DNA of 64,000 nt from positions 128,001 to 192,000 of the forward strand of contig CAWJEN010000005.1 of the NCBI GenBank assembly GCA_963841915.1. Direction: 5' to 3'. Source of the stretch: an uncultured Planctomycetota bacterium. Its GTDB lineage: Bacteria; Planctomycetota; Phycisphaerae; Tepidisphaerales; Tepidisphaeraceae. Of this stretch, positions 41,987 through 51,993 are shown piece after piece. The position numbers and the translations under genes are program-made. Numbering within the stretch: the stretch's first letter is position 1; each line of letters begins with the position of its first letter. The notes under the pieces are model-generated. The model was given only the letters and a program-made list of their open reading frames with translations, did no database searches and was not told the origin of the DNA.

Positions 41987-43804
41987 ATGAGCTACAAAAT
42001 CGCAATGATCGGCGCCGGTAGCGTCGTCTTCAGTCGAAACCTGACCGGTGACCTGCTGCAATACGAAGCGTTCGAAGACGCGACCTTCACCTACATGGAT
42101 ATCGATGCCGACCGCCTCGAGGTCGGGGCGAAGTTGAGCGAGAAGGCGGCGCGGGCCCTTGGGACGCATGCGAAGATCGAACAGACGATGGACCGCCGAG
42201 AGGCGGTGCGAGACGCCGACTTTGTCATCTGCATGGTTCAGATCGGCGGGTTCAACTCGACGCTCGTCGACTTCGAGATCCCGCGGAAGTACGGCCTCAA
42301 CTTCACCATTGCCGACACGACCGGGCCAGGTGGGTTGTTCCGGGCGCTGCGAACGTATCCGCTCATGCGTGACCTTGCCCAAGACATTGCTGAAGTGGCC
42401 AAGCCTGACTGTTGGCTGCTGAACTACAGCAATCCGATGAGCATGAACATGAAGACGCTGCTGCACACGAGCGGCGAGCGGGCGACGGGACGCAACGGCA
42501 TTAACACCGTCGGCCTGTGCCACAGTGTTCAGGGCACGTTCAGGGACCGCATGCGGAACATCGGTGTTGCGCCAGAAGATGCCGTCTTCGAATGCAGCGG
42601 CATCAATCACATGAACTTCTTCTCCAAGCTCCAGCACAAGGACGGTCGCGACCTGTACCCCGACCTGTTCGCCCTCGCCGACGAGCGGGTCAAGAGCGGC
42701 AAGGACAAGGTCCGGTACGAGCTCATGCGGCGATTGGGGTACTGCGTCACCGAGTCGTCGGAACACAACGCCGAGTACTGCGCCGACTTCATTCCGCACG
42801 AGGGTCTTGTTGAGGCATTCGACGTGCCGATCGACGAGTACCTCCGCCGCTGTGACGGGATTGTCGACGAGTTCGAGCGACTGTCCGAGTTCGCACGCAG
42901 CGACGAAAAGATGGACGGCAGCAACATCAAGAAGAGCCACGAGTACGGCAGCGTCATCGCCAACGCCATCGCGTCGAACGAGCCGGCCGTCATTTACGGC
43001 AACATGCTGAACGATGGTGCCATTCCTAATCTACCGGCAACGGCCATTGTGGAGACGCCGACGCTTGTCGACGGAAACGGTTGTCGTCTGACGCGGGTGA
43101 ATCCGCTGCCGTACCAGTTGCTGAACTACATAATGCCGCACGTGTGCCAGCACGAGCTGTTCATTGAGGCGGCGATGGACGGTCGGCGGGACAAGGTCTA
43201 CCAGGCTGCCATTGCCGACCCGCTGACGGCGGCCACGTTGCCGCTCGACAAGATTGTCGAGATGTGCGATGAGCTCATCGCTGCTCACGGTTTTGAAAAG
43301 AACGGCGGCGTCCTTCCAGACCTTGACGCGACGAAGACCCTCATCCCCTCGAGCGGCAAGACCTTTGATCCACCGACGCCTGACGCACTGCGTGCGAGCT
43401 GGGAAGAAGCCAAGAAGGCGACGAGCGACGAGGAAGTGGTCGCCGACTGGAAGACAGCCGATGTTGCCGCAGATGCAGACTGTGTACCCGACACGTCTGC
43501 CGTCGACGCCGCTGAATGGACCGTCGCGACCGCCGGCGACGACGGCCACGTCGACCTCAAGCCGCAGAACGGTTTGGCCGTTGTCGCCGTGGCGGAGCTT
43601 GACAGCGTGCACGATCGTGAGGCACCCATTCGCATCAGCGGAACCCGTCGTCGGCCGGTGAAGGTTTGGGTCAACGGCAGCGAGGTGTTCGACGGCGACG
43701 GCGGCAAGGCCACCGTCAGCCTACACCAAGGCAAAAACGCCATCGTCATCCACTCTAAGCAGGCGACAAGCGTCGGCTTCTACGTGATGAAGCCGAACTT
43801 CTGA
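41987..43804 (+). CDS. melA: GH4 alpha-galactosidase with extra C-terminal beta-rich domain
   Basis: KIAMIGAGS, IPRKYG, GGLFRALRT, NYSNPM, GLCHSV, GINHM, TESSEHNAEY. Confidence 0.82.
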   Translation: MSYKIAMIGAGSVVFSRNLTGDLLQYEAFEDATFTYMDIDADRLEVGAKLSEKAARALGTHAKIEQTMDRREAVRDADFVICMVQIGGFNSTLVDFEIPRKYGLNFTIADTTGPGGLFRALRTYPLMRDLAQDIAEVAKPDCWLLNYSNPMSMNMKTLLHTSGERATGRNGINTVGLCHSVQGTFRDRMRNIGVAPEDAVFECSGINHMNFFSKLQHKDGRDLYPDLFALADERVKSGKDKVRYELMRRLGYCVTESSEHNAEYCADFIPHEGLVEAFDVPIDEYLRRCDGIVDEFERLSEFARSDEKMDGSNIKKSHEYGSVIANAIASNEPAVIYGNMLNDGAIPNLPATAIVETPTLVDGNGCRLTRVNPLPYQLLNYIMPHVCQHELFIEAAMDGRRDKVYQAAIADPLTAATLPLDKIVEMCDELIAAHGFEKNGGVLPDLDATKTLIPSSGKTFDPPTPDALRASWEEAKKATSDEEVVADWKTADVAADADCVPDTSAVDAAEWTVATAGDDGHVDLKPQNGLAVVAVAELDSVHDREAPIRISGTRRRPVKVWVNGSEVFDGDGGKATVSLHQGKNAIVIHSKQATSVGFYVMKPNF

Positions 43805-43831
43805 TCGCGCACTGCGGCGTCTTCACGGGTG

Positions 43832-45898
43832 CTACTTCTTCCGAGGCTTCTGGCTCTTTTGAGCCACCTCGGCTTGTTTTTGCGCCTCGGCCACCCGGGT
43901 TGCGATCGTCTTCTTGAAGCCGTCGAGCTTCTTGGCCAAGCCAGTCTTCGGCTTCTCCACAGGCGTTCGGCCGAGGCGAAGATCTTCGGCGGCCTTGGCC
44001 TCCTCGGCCTCTTCCTCGAGCTTGAGGTTGTGCCGAATGCGGCGGGTCTCGAAGACGCCGATGATCGTGCTGGTCAGGATGTAGAGCACCAGGCCGCTCG
44101 GTGCGCTGTACAGGAATAGCGGGAAGAGCGTCACCATGATGACCTGAATCATCTTCTGCTGCGCCTTCTGCTCGTCGCTCATCGCCTGCGTCGGCTGCGG
44201 TTGCAGCTTCATCTGAATGTAGAAAGCGACGCCCATCAGCAACGGCAGCAAATTCAGGCCACTGATGCCGATGCCGAAGAACAACTCGTACCGCTGGCCG
44301 AAGTCAATGAGGTGGTCGGGCCGGGCGAGGTCGTCGATCCAGGTGTAGCCGTAGAGGAACGGTGCGCCGCGAAGCTCGATAGTTGCTTGCAGGGTCGAGT
44401 AAAGCGCGATCCAGATCGGCGTCTGCAGCATCATCGGCAGGCAACCGAGCAGCAACGCCTGCGTCTGCTCCGGCGCAAGCTCGGCCATCGCCTGGGCCAT
44501 CTTCTGCTTGTCATCGCCGTACTTCTCCTTGGCAGCGGCAATCTTGGGGGCCAGCTTGCTCATGCGGAGCATGTTCCGCTGGGCCCGCTTCGTGATCGGG
44601 TGCAACAGCAGACGCACCAGACACACCAGCGCGATGATCGCCAAGCCCCAGTCCCGCAGGAAGAAGTGGAACGAACCCAGCAAGAAGACGAGCGCGTCCA
44701 CCACCGGCTGGAAGACGCACCACGTGCAGCCGAACGGGCTGACGAGTGTGCTGTCGTACTCGATACCGGCGGCGCTGTAGTAGCCGTTCTCCAGCAACTG
44801 GCGCTTCTTCGGACCCAGGAACACGTAAGCCGGCACGACGATCTGCTCACCGGCGGCGACGGCTTGCTCCTTCGTCTCGAAGCGAAGGCCGACGCGGCGG
44901 TCTTCACCCTTACTATCAGGGTTCAATGCCTCGGCGATTACACGATCGAACTGCTTCGGATCAGCCGGGCGGACGATTGCGTTGAAGTAAATCGTGCCAC
45001 TTCCCGCCCACGCGAGCGGCTGCTCGCTGAAGCGGTAGATGCGAAGAGGATCTTCTTCGTCGAAAGATTCGACCTGCTCAGCCTCGTACTTGACGCGGCC
45101 GCTCTCGCTGAGAGAGCCTCGCAAGATGGTGCGGTCATACCCCGTCTCAAGTTCTCGCGGCGGCGTTGTGGTGCCGTTGAAGATGAGGGCGACCTTGGCG
45201 GAAGCACCCGACAAGTTGTCGATCGTGTGCCGCACCAGCACCTCGTACCCACCGGCGAGATCGTCTTCGCCGTTGGCATCGAGCCTCGGTGCGAGCGAGA
45301 TCCGCTTACGGATTTGTCCCACACGTGTCTCGCCGTCGACGAGGTTGACGTACAGCTCTGCCTGCCGATCGCTCGTGCGGTCGGCGTTGATCTTCCAGGC
45401 AACGTCGCTCAGGTCGAGCTCGCGACCATTAAACAGGACAGACTGCGTCGCCAGCGGTCGCGAGGTGTCTTCATTGTCGGCGTATGGCGTTTCAAACGTG
45501 TAGCTCGCCGGCTCGCCTACCTCGGCTGCGAAGCGATTCAAGCGTACCTCTTCAAAGCCTGCGCCAACGGTGTTGACCTTCACCTGCATCGTGAAGTCGC
45601 CGTCCTTGGCGTCGCTGCCGAGCGTCAGGACCTGCGCCTCGCCACCTTCCACGCGAACGCCTTCGACGGCAACGGGGTCAGCGGCTTGCGTCGTCGCAGT
45701 TAGGCCAGACTGCGTCGTCGGGTTGATCGTCGTCTCGCCGTCGGTGCCAACGTTGGTTTCGACGACCTCTGTCGACTGCTCCTCGCGGATCGTCATGTCC
45801 CAGCCCATGTACGTGGCGAACCACGATGTGCCGAGTTGCCACAGAATAATGAACGCGAGGAACGCGACGACGAGCAGGAGCGTGCGCTTGTTTTCCAT
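43832..45898 (-). CDS. yidC: Membrane protein insertase
   Basis: N-terminal TM, large periplasmic domain, WGLAII.L..LVRLLLHP, GCLPMMLQTPIWIALY, WIDDLA.PD, PSGLVLY. Confidence 0.94.
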   Translation of the reverse strand: MENKRTLLLVVAFLAFIILWQLGTSWFATYMGWDMTIREEQSTEVVETNVGTDGETTINPTTQSGLTATTQAADPVAVEGVRVEGGEAQVLTLGSDAKDGDFTMQVKVNTVGAGFEEVRLNRFAAEVGEPASYTFETPYADNEDTSRPLATQSVLFNGRELDLSDVAWKINADRTSDRQAELYVNLVDGETRVGQIRKRISLAPRLDANGEDDLAGGYEVLVRHTIDNLSGASAKVALIFNGTTTPPRELETGYDRTILRGSLSESGRVKYEAEQVESFDEEDPLRIYRFSEQPLAWAGSGTIYFNAIVRPADPKQFDRVIAEALNPDSKGEDRRVGLRFETKEQAVAAGEQIVVPAYVFLGPKKRQLLENGYYSAAGIEYDSTLVSPFGCTWCVFQPVVDALVFLLGSFHFFLRDWGLAIIALVCLVRLLLHPITKRAQRNMLRMSKLAPKIAAAKEKYGDDKQKMAQAMAELAPEQTQALLLGCLPMMLQTPIWIALYSTLQATIELRGAPFLYGYTWIDDLARPDHLIDFGQRYELFFGIGISGLNLLPLLMGVAFYIQMKLQPQPTQAMSDEQKAQQKMIQVIMVTLFPLFLYSAPSGLVLYILTSTIIGVFETRRIRHNLKLEEEAEEAKAAEDLRLGRTPVEKPKTGLAKKLDGFKKTIATRVAEAQKQAEVAQKSQKPRKK

Positions 45899-45987
45899 CG
45901 GAAACGCTTGCAGGATCTGGCCACGCTCGACGCGCGACCTCGGGCGGCACGGTAGGCGATGCCATACGACCGCGTGGCGATGCCGCC

Positions 45988-46899
45988 TTACCGGCCCTCG
46001 AGCAGCCGCTGCCCGAGAAACTCGTCGAGGTCTGCAATCGCGTGGACCTTCTTCTTTGTGGTCTGGATGTCGTACTTAATGCGGACGAACTCGATCCGCG
46101 GCTGCTCACCGGGAGGCGTCGACAGAATGGCAAAACTGCTCCGCGGATCGCGATCACGCGGCTGGCCGACGCTGCCGACGTTGACGATGGCTTTTTCACC
46201 GGCCTCGAAGATGTAGGGCCCGTCCATCTCGGTCGGGCTGAAGAAGTCGGGCTGTTCCGTGAAGACGCCCGGCACGTGCGTGTGGCCGATGAAGCAGATC
46301 GACGCAGCCGAACCGAACGGCAAGGCAGGCGATGCAGCGCTGATGGCTTCGCGACTCGTCGGCGGGTTCGACTGTGGCGTTTCGTCTTTCCCCAATTCGC
46401 CGTTGGTCCCGGCGGCAACCTGTGTCGGCGTGACTCCAAGACGCTCGAACAATGCCGTAAACTTTCCCGGATTCGTGTAGATGTCATCGGGAAAGACGTA
46501 CTCGTTGATCGGTCGACGCGGCGAGGCGTGGACGGCCTGGTAGCGACGCCCTTCCTGCTGAAACTCGCGACGGACCGGCAGGCTCGCTAAAAATTGCCAA
46601 CGGGCGAGCTTGGCTACCGGGTCCGTCTCGGCATCAAGCTGCCGCCTCGTCCAGTAGGCGGCTGATTCGGCACCCGTGTTGAAGTTGTACGGCTCATAAA
46701 GAACCGCAAAGTCGTGATTCCCAAGAATCGTCGCACGGCATCGCTGACGAACAAGATCGAGGCACTCGACCGGGTTGGGCCCGTAACCGATGACGTCGCC
46801 CAAGCACAGCACATCTTGAATGCCCCGCCGATCAATCTCGGCAAAGACGGCCGTCAGCGCTTCCAGGTTGCCGTGAATGTCGCTGAGAATCGCCAGCAT
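45988..46899 (-). CDS. Metallophosphoesterase (calcineurin-like)
   Basis: SDIHGN, LGDVIGYG, GNHD, GHTH, NVGSVGQPRD; about 45-aa low-complexity insert before GHTH. Confidence 0.9.
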   Translation of the reverse strand: MLAILSDIHGNLEALTAVFAEIDRRGIQDVLCLGDVIGYGPNPVECLDLVRQRCRATILGNHDFAVLYEPYNFNTGAESAAYWTRRQLDAETDPVAKLARWQFLASLPVRREFQQEGRRYQAVHASPRRPINEYVFPDDIYTNPGKFTALFERLGVTPTQVAAGTNGELGKDETPQSNPPTSREAISAASPALPFGSAASICFIGHTHVPGVFTEQPDFFSPTEMDGPYIFEAGEKAIVNVGSVGQPRDRDPRSSFAILSTPPGEQPRIEFVRIKYDIQTTKKKVHAIADLDEFLGQRLLEGR

Positions 46900-47023
46900 G
46901 AGGATCGTTCAGCCTAAACGTAGGCGGACTTCGTCGCAACGCAGAGCGGCGACACACACAGCGCTTCAACACGAGTTGCTGCCGTTGTGAACTGATGCGT
47001 CTCGCAGGTGCTATCTTCGGGTT

Positions 47024-48361
47024 GTGACACCCTCGGCAGAGACGACATCAAGCCCGATTCGCGTCGCCCTGCTCGGCCACGGCACCGTCGGCAAAGGCGT
47101 TGTGCAGCTGCTGAGCGATCGTGACGGGGATCTGCATCGTCGAACCGGTCAGACTTTCGAAATTGTCGCCGTCGCGGTTCGAGACACTGCCAAGCACCAG
47201 ACATCTGCCCCGTTGACAGACGATGCTAACGGCGCTGCGTGCGATCAACGGGCGGATGTCGTAATCGAACTTATCGGCGGTGTCGAGCGGGCTCGCGACT
47301 TGGTGCTGGCTGCCTTGCGAAGCGGCAAGAGTGTTGTCACAGCCAACAAAGCGCTCGTTGCCGCCCACGGGGCCGAACTGTTTGCTGTTGCTCGTGAACA
47401 TGGCGTTGCTCTTGCATTTGAAGCCGCGTGCGGCGGTGGCATTCCGATTGTCGCTGCGCTCAACGGCGGGCTGCTGGCCGATGAGCACTCGGCCCTCGTC
47501 GGTATCCTGAACGGCACGAGCAATGTGATCCTCAGCGACATGTCGACGGCCGGCCGCTCGTACGCGGACGCTCTTAAAGGTGCTCAAGACGCCGGCTACG
47601 CCGAGGCTGACCCGACGCTCGATGTCGACGGCAGCGATGCTGCCCAGAAGCTTTCAATCCTGGCTGGACTTGCATTCGGTGAGAAGATCGACCCGGCTGC
47701 AGTGCATCGTGAGGGCATTGACACGCTCGACCCGCGCGACGTGAAATACGCCGGCGAACTCGGCTACGCGGTCAAGCTCCTGGCGATCGCAAAGCGGGAC
47801 GATCAGGGTCGCCTGGCTTTAAGCGTCTTCCCCGGCCTCGTCCGACGCGGCGATCCGATGGCCGACGTCGGAGGGCCTTTTAACGCTGTAGCCGTCTATG
47901 GCAAGGCTTTGGGTCGCAGCTTGTTCGTCGGTCGCGGCGCGGGCGGGATGCCGACCGCAGCCGCCGTCGTTGCTGACCTGCTGGCCGTTGCCAGCGGCGC
48001 GTACGGCCGCACCTTCAGCAGCCTCCGCACGCAGTCCGACGTCGCCCGCGCCGCTGACGTGCTCGACTTCGGTCGGACCGAGCATCGGTACTACCTGCGG
48101 CTTGGCGCTGACGACGCACCGGGTGTGCTGGCCGACGTGACCGGAGCGCTCGGCCGAGCCGGCATCAGCCTCACCAGCGTCACCCAGCGCGAGGCAGACG
48201 GCAGCTCTGAGCAAGTGCCCGTCGTTGTCACGACGCACCGTGCGCGAGAATCGAGCCTGCAATCAGCGATGAACGAGATCAACGCGTTGCCCAGCATCCG
48301 CGAGTCGGCGACGCTGCGGATCGCCGACATGCCGCGTGAGCCGCACGAGGCGTCGTCGTGA
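47024..48361 (+). CDS. hom: Homoserine dehydrogenase with ACT domain
   Basis: GHGTVG, VVTANKA, FEAACGGGIP, GILNGT, GYAEADP..DVDG, C-terminal ACT (DAPGVLA). Confidence 0.94.
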   Translation: MTPSAETTSSPIRVALLGHGTVGKGVVQLLSDRDGDLHRRTGQTFEIVAVAVRDTAKHQTSAPLTDDANGAACDQRADVVIELIGGVERARDLVLAALRSGKSVVTANKALVAAHGAELFAVAREHGVALAFEAACGGGIPIVAALNGGLLADEHSALVGILNGTSNVILSDMSTAGRSYADALKGAQDAGYAEADPTLDVDGSDAAQKLSILAGLAFGEKIDPAAVHREGIDTLDPRDVKYAGELGYAVKLLAIAKRDDQGRLALSVFPGLVRRGDPMADVGGPFNAVAVYGKALGRSLFVGRGAGGMPTAAAVVADLLAVASGAYGRTFSSLRTQSDVARAADVLDFGRTEHRYYLRLGADDAPGVLADVTGALGRAGISLTSVTQREADGSSEQVPVVVTTHRARESSLQSAMNEINALPSIRESATLRIADMPREPHEASS

Positions 48362-48708
48362 CGCTGCACGACCGTCTCAACCTCATCGATGGCGAGCAGG
48401 CATGGCGGCTCGAAGTTTGGCAACTGCAGGGCGGCCTACTTCATCAGCGTGTCGACGCTAACGATTACCTCGACGCGCTGCACGCTTCTGCAGCGTCGCT
48501 TCTGCTCGAGATTCAGCCGCTAGATGAAGACGCTGCACTCATCCACCGAGCCGGCTGGCCTTTCAATCTGGTAATTGCCGCGGGCCATCCGCAGGGTCAA
48601 AGAGCAGACGCTCTGCTGCCGACAGGTGCGGGCGACGAGGCAATCCGTGGATTCAGCGATGCATTTTCAGCGGCAGCGGTGGGCTTTGCCGTCGTGCTTC
48701 AAGCCTGA
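48358..48708 (+). CDS. Hypothetical protein
   Basis: GTGA overlap with the hom stop; fills the gap to the next gene. Confidence 0.5.
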   Translation: MTLHDRLNLIDGEQAWRLEVWQLQGGLLHQRVDANDYLDALHASAASLLLEIQPLDEDAALIHRAGWPFNLVIAAGHPQGQRADALLPTGAGDEAIRGFSDAFSAAAVGFAVVLQA

Positions 48709-48731
48709 ATGACCATGCCGTACGGTGGATC

Positions 48732-49607
48732 GTGCAGCACGTCACTGACCTACCTGATCCGCCGACAAGGGCCGCCGACGGGCACAAAGGCACCTTCGGC
48801 TCGCTGCTGATCGTCGGTGGATCCGAAACGATGCTCGGCGCACCAATGCTTGCCGCCCGCAGCGCATATCGCGCCGGTTGCGGCTACGTGCGTGTCGCCC
48901 TTCCGGCAAACATGCTGCCGCTGGGGCTCTCGCTGTTGCCCGAGGCGGTCGGCATCAGTCTTGACGGCGACGCAGCCGACGCTGATCGACTGGCCGATGT
49001 GCCCGCAGATGCCGTCGTCATTGGTCCCGGCCTCGGCCAGCGGCCGGGTGGGCACGCGTTGCTCGAGACAGTTCTGGTTCGCGGGCTGCCGACGGTGGTC
49101 GATGCCGACGGCCTGAACTTGCTTGCCGCCCGCGGTTCCTGGCAGCACTTGTCTCAGAATGTCGTGCTAACGCCTCACCCCGGCGAGATGAAGCGACTGC
49201 TCGCGCACGTGCATCAGCATGATGACTTGCCGAGTGACGATGCAGGTCGCCTCGGCGTCGCCGAAGCTGCGGTCAACAGTTTCGGCGGCGTCCTCGTGCT
49301 CAAGGGCAGGCGCTCCATTGTGACCGACGGCGAGCGGTACTTCGTCAACACGACAGGAGACGCGACACTTGCTAAGGCGGGCAGCGGTGATGTCCTGAGC
49401 GGGCTTATCGGGTCGCTGATGGCACAGGGCATGCCGCCGTTCGAGGCGGCGGTGCTGGGTGTGCATCGGCATGGGCTGGCGGGTGAACTCGTCGGTCGCC
49501 GACGCGGGACGCACGGGGGGCTCGCCACCGAAGTGGCCGACGCGGTGGCAGACGTCCTTCTGCACCCGTCGGCCGGAACTTGTCGCGATCAGGCGAATGC
49601 GGAATAG
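48732..49607 (+). CDS. nnrD: ADP-dependent NAD(P)H-hydrate dehydratase
   Basis: HKGTFG, GPGLG, DADGLN, LTPHPGEM, LKG, AGSGDVLSG. Confidence 0.92.
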   Translation: MQHVTDLPDPPTRAADGHKGTFGSLLIVGGSETMLGAPMLAARSAYRAGCGYVRVALPANMLPLGLSLLPEAVGISLDGDAADADRLADVPADAVVIGPGLGQRPGGHALLETVLVRGLPTVVDADGLNLLAARGSWQHLSQNVVLTPHPGEMKRLLAHVHQHDDLPSDDAGRLGVAEAAVNSFGGVLVLKGRRSIVTDGERYFVNTTGDATLAKAGSGDVLSGLIGSLMAQGMPPFEAAVLGVHRHGLAGELVGRRRGTHGGLATEVADAVADVLLHPSAGTCRDQANAE

Positions 49608-49616
49608 GCTCTCGAC

Positions 49617-50630
49617 GTGCAACTTGAAGACGAGCCGGCCAGTGATGCCGCCGGGCCAGGCGAAAGCGCGGTGACGGACAAGGATCTCGAGCTTGGCGAT
49701 GTCGGAGAAGGCTTTGACAAGCTGAAGGAGCTGGCAGATTCTCTGGTCGAGGCGCTGCCCACCATTGCGGTTGGGCTGGGAGTGGTGATCATCTTCATTC
49801 TGCTCGGGTGGGCCATCCGGTGGGCAGTCCGCAAAATCAACTCGGCAAGAGGAAAGCCTTACGCCTTAGCCCTTGCGCTGGGCCGTCTGGCGAGCGGGGT
49901 CACGATCGTGCTCGGCATCCTCATCGCCGCGGTTATCGTCTTTCCGAACTTCACGCCGACCAAGCTGTTCCAGCTCTTCGGATTCGGCAGCGTGGCAATC
50001 GGTTTCGCATTCCGCGACATCCTGCAGAACTACCTCGCCGGCATTCTGTTGCTCGTCACACAGCCGTTCCGTATTGGCGACGCGATCATCTTCGGAGACC
50101 ACGAAGGCGTTGTGCAGGACATCCAGACACGGGCGACCTTCATCCGCACCTACGACGGCCGCCGGGTCGTCATCCCCAACGGCGAGCTGTTCACGAACAG
50201 CGTGACCGTCAACACCGCCTTTGAGACGCGGCGGGTCGAGTACGACATCGGCATCGGCTACGGAGACGACATCGCAGAGGCCAAGACGATTCTGCTTCGT
50301 GTCATGCAGGACGAGCCGCACGTCAATGATCAGCCCGAGCCTGAGGTGCTCGTCGTTGAGCTCGGCGGCGAGGCCGTGCTGCTGCGGGCCCGCTGGTGGA
50401 TTGATCCGCCGCAAAAACGCGATCTGCTCTACAGCCAGGACGCGGTGCTGCAGACGGCAAAAGTCGAACTCACGAAGGCCGGCATTGATCTGCCGTTCCC
50501 GACGCAACAGATCTTGTTCCACGACCAGACCGATGAGTACGACGGTGACCGCAAGAAGCAACGCGAGGGCTGGCCGTCACGAAGCGACGACAACCCGCTA
50601 CCGCGGCCGGGCGTGTACCGAGAGGCTTAA
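49617..50630 (+). CDS. mscS: Small-conductance mechanosensitive channel
   Basis: TM helices, GFAFRDILQNYLAG..L..PFRIGD, TYDGRRVVIPN, IDLPFP. Confidence 0.9.
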   Translation: MQLEDEPASDAAGPGESAVTDKDLELGDVGEGFDKLKELADSLVEALPTIAVGLGVVIIFILLGWAIRWAVRKINSARGKPYALALALGRLASGVTIVLGILIAAVIVFPNFTPTKLFQLFGFGSVAIGFAFRDILQNYLAGILLLVTQPFRIGDAIIFGDHEGVVQDIQTRATFIRTYDGRRVVIPNGELFTNSVTVNTAFETRRVEYDIGIGYGDDIAEAKTILLRVMQDEPHVNDQPEPEVLVVELGGEAVLLRARWWIDPPQKRDLLYSQDAVLQTAKVELTKAGIDLPFPTQQILFHDQTDEYDGDRKKQREGWPSRSDDNPLPRPGVYREA

Positions 50631-51940
50631 GCCGCCGGTTGAGTGCTCGGCTTTGTCGTGGGGGTGCCGACCCCCTGGATGAGCGACAGCGGGTCAAAGT
50701 CGCCCTTGATGACTTTCGTGTGGTCTGCATTCATCCAGTCGCGGAGCAGGCCGTTGTAGACGCGGCGGAAGTCGACCGTGTGCTTCAGGTCGCCCCGATC
50801 AAGATCGCTAAGCGAAGGATGCGGCGACTGGAACCCGCCACGAACCTTCGGGCCGACGACGAACATCGGGCCGGCAGCGCCGTGGTCAGTGCCGTCGTTG
50901 GCATTTTGTTCGACCCGGCGGCCGAACTCGCTGAAGCACATCAGTGTGACCTTGTCAGCGATTCCCTTGGCCTTGAGGTCATCGAAGAATGCTTTGACGT
51001 TGTCACCGACGTTGCGAAGCAGGTTCTCGTGCTGCTGGAGCTGGTTGGCGTGCGTGTCGTAGCCGCCGGTCTCGCAGTAGAAGACGCGGGTGCCGAAGTT
51101 GCCGCTGATGAGCTGTGCGATGAGCTTGAGTTGGCTTCCGAGACCGCCGCCGTAGGAAGCGTCCGCTTTGTACTGGCCGGCTGCCTTGCGGATTTCGTCC
51201 ACACTAACGATTGCGTCGGCCGCCTGCCGAGCAAAGTAGGCCTGCTGCGGATTGTCGTCGTCCTTGGCCAAGTCCTGCAGACTCACCAAAATGTCACGCT
51301 CCAGACCCTTGTCGTAGTCGCTGCCGTTCTGGAAGCTCAGGCCGAAATCATCAAGTGACTGAACGCTCGGCACCGTCACACTGGGCGTCACCAGGGCCAT
51401 GGGCACTTCCCGGCCGATGTTGATGCCGAGCAGCGGGTTATTGGCGATGGATGTCTCACGGGTGCCGCGGACGAGGTGATCGAGATAGTGCCCCACCCAA
51501 CCGGTGCCGTCACCACCGCCCACGTCGCCGGCGTGCCAGATCCCCATCGACTCGAAGTGACTGCGGTTCGGCTTCGGGTAGCCGCAACCTGGCAGCACCG
51601 TCAGGTCGCCCTCGTCCCACAAGTGTTTGAACGACCGCAACCCTGGGTTCAGCGCGTAGCTGTCGTCAAGCTTGTGCAGCCCCTCGCTGAGCTTGATGGT
51701 CGGGCGCGCTTTGTCGTAATCGTCGTTGCCGAGCGGCACGAGCGTATTGAGGCCGTCGTTTCCGCCGGACATCTGGACGACGACGAGAATGTTGTCCTTC
51801 GGCACCGCGGTGCCGGGTGTGTCTCCATCGGCAAAGGCGAACTTTGAAACAACCAGCGGCACGGTGCCGCCGAGGCTGATCGCGGGTAAGGCACCGAGGC
51901 CAACCTTCAAGAAGTCGCGACGTGACGTGGGCTTGTTCAT
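50627..51940 (-). CDS. DUF1501 family Tat-exported protein
   Basis: SRRDFLK twin-arginine signal, LVVVQMSGGNDGLN, NRSHF, GGYDTH, FSEFGRR, GTDHG. Confidence 0.88.
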   Translation of the reverse strand: MNKPTSRRDFLKVGLGALPAISLGGTVPLVVSKFAFADGDTPGTAVPKDNILVVVQMSGGNDGLNTLVPLGNDDYDKARPTIKLSEGLHKLDDSYALNPGLRSFKHLWDEGDLTVLPGCGYPKPNRSHFESMGIWHAGDVGGGDGTGWVGHYLDHLVRGTRETSIANNPLLGINIGREVPMALVTPSVTVPSVQSLDDFGLSFQNGSDYDKGLERDILVSLQDLAKDDDNPQQAYFARQAADAIVSVDEIRKAAGQYKADASYGGGLGSQLKLIAQLISGNFGTRVFYCETGGYDTHANQLQQHENLLRNVGDNVKAFFDDLKAKGIADKVTLMCFSEFGRRVEQNANDGTDHGAAGPMFVVGPKVRGGFQSPHPSLSDLDRGDLKHTVDFRRVYNGLLRDWMNADHTKVIKGDFDPLSLIQGVGTPTTKPSTQPAA

Positions 51941-51993
51941 TAGAATCTGTAGACGAGGGTCGGTTGGCGAAGGTCGTGGCGAGATCAGTCTCT

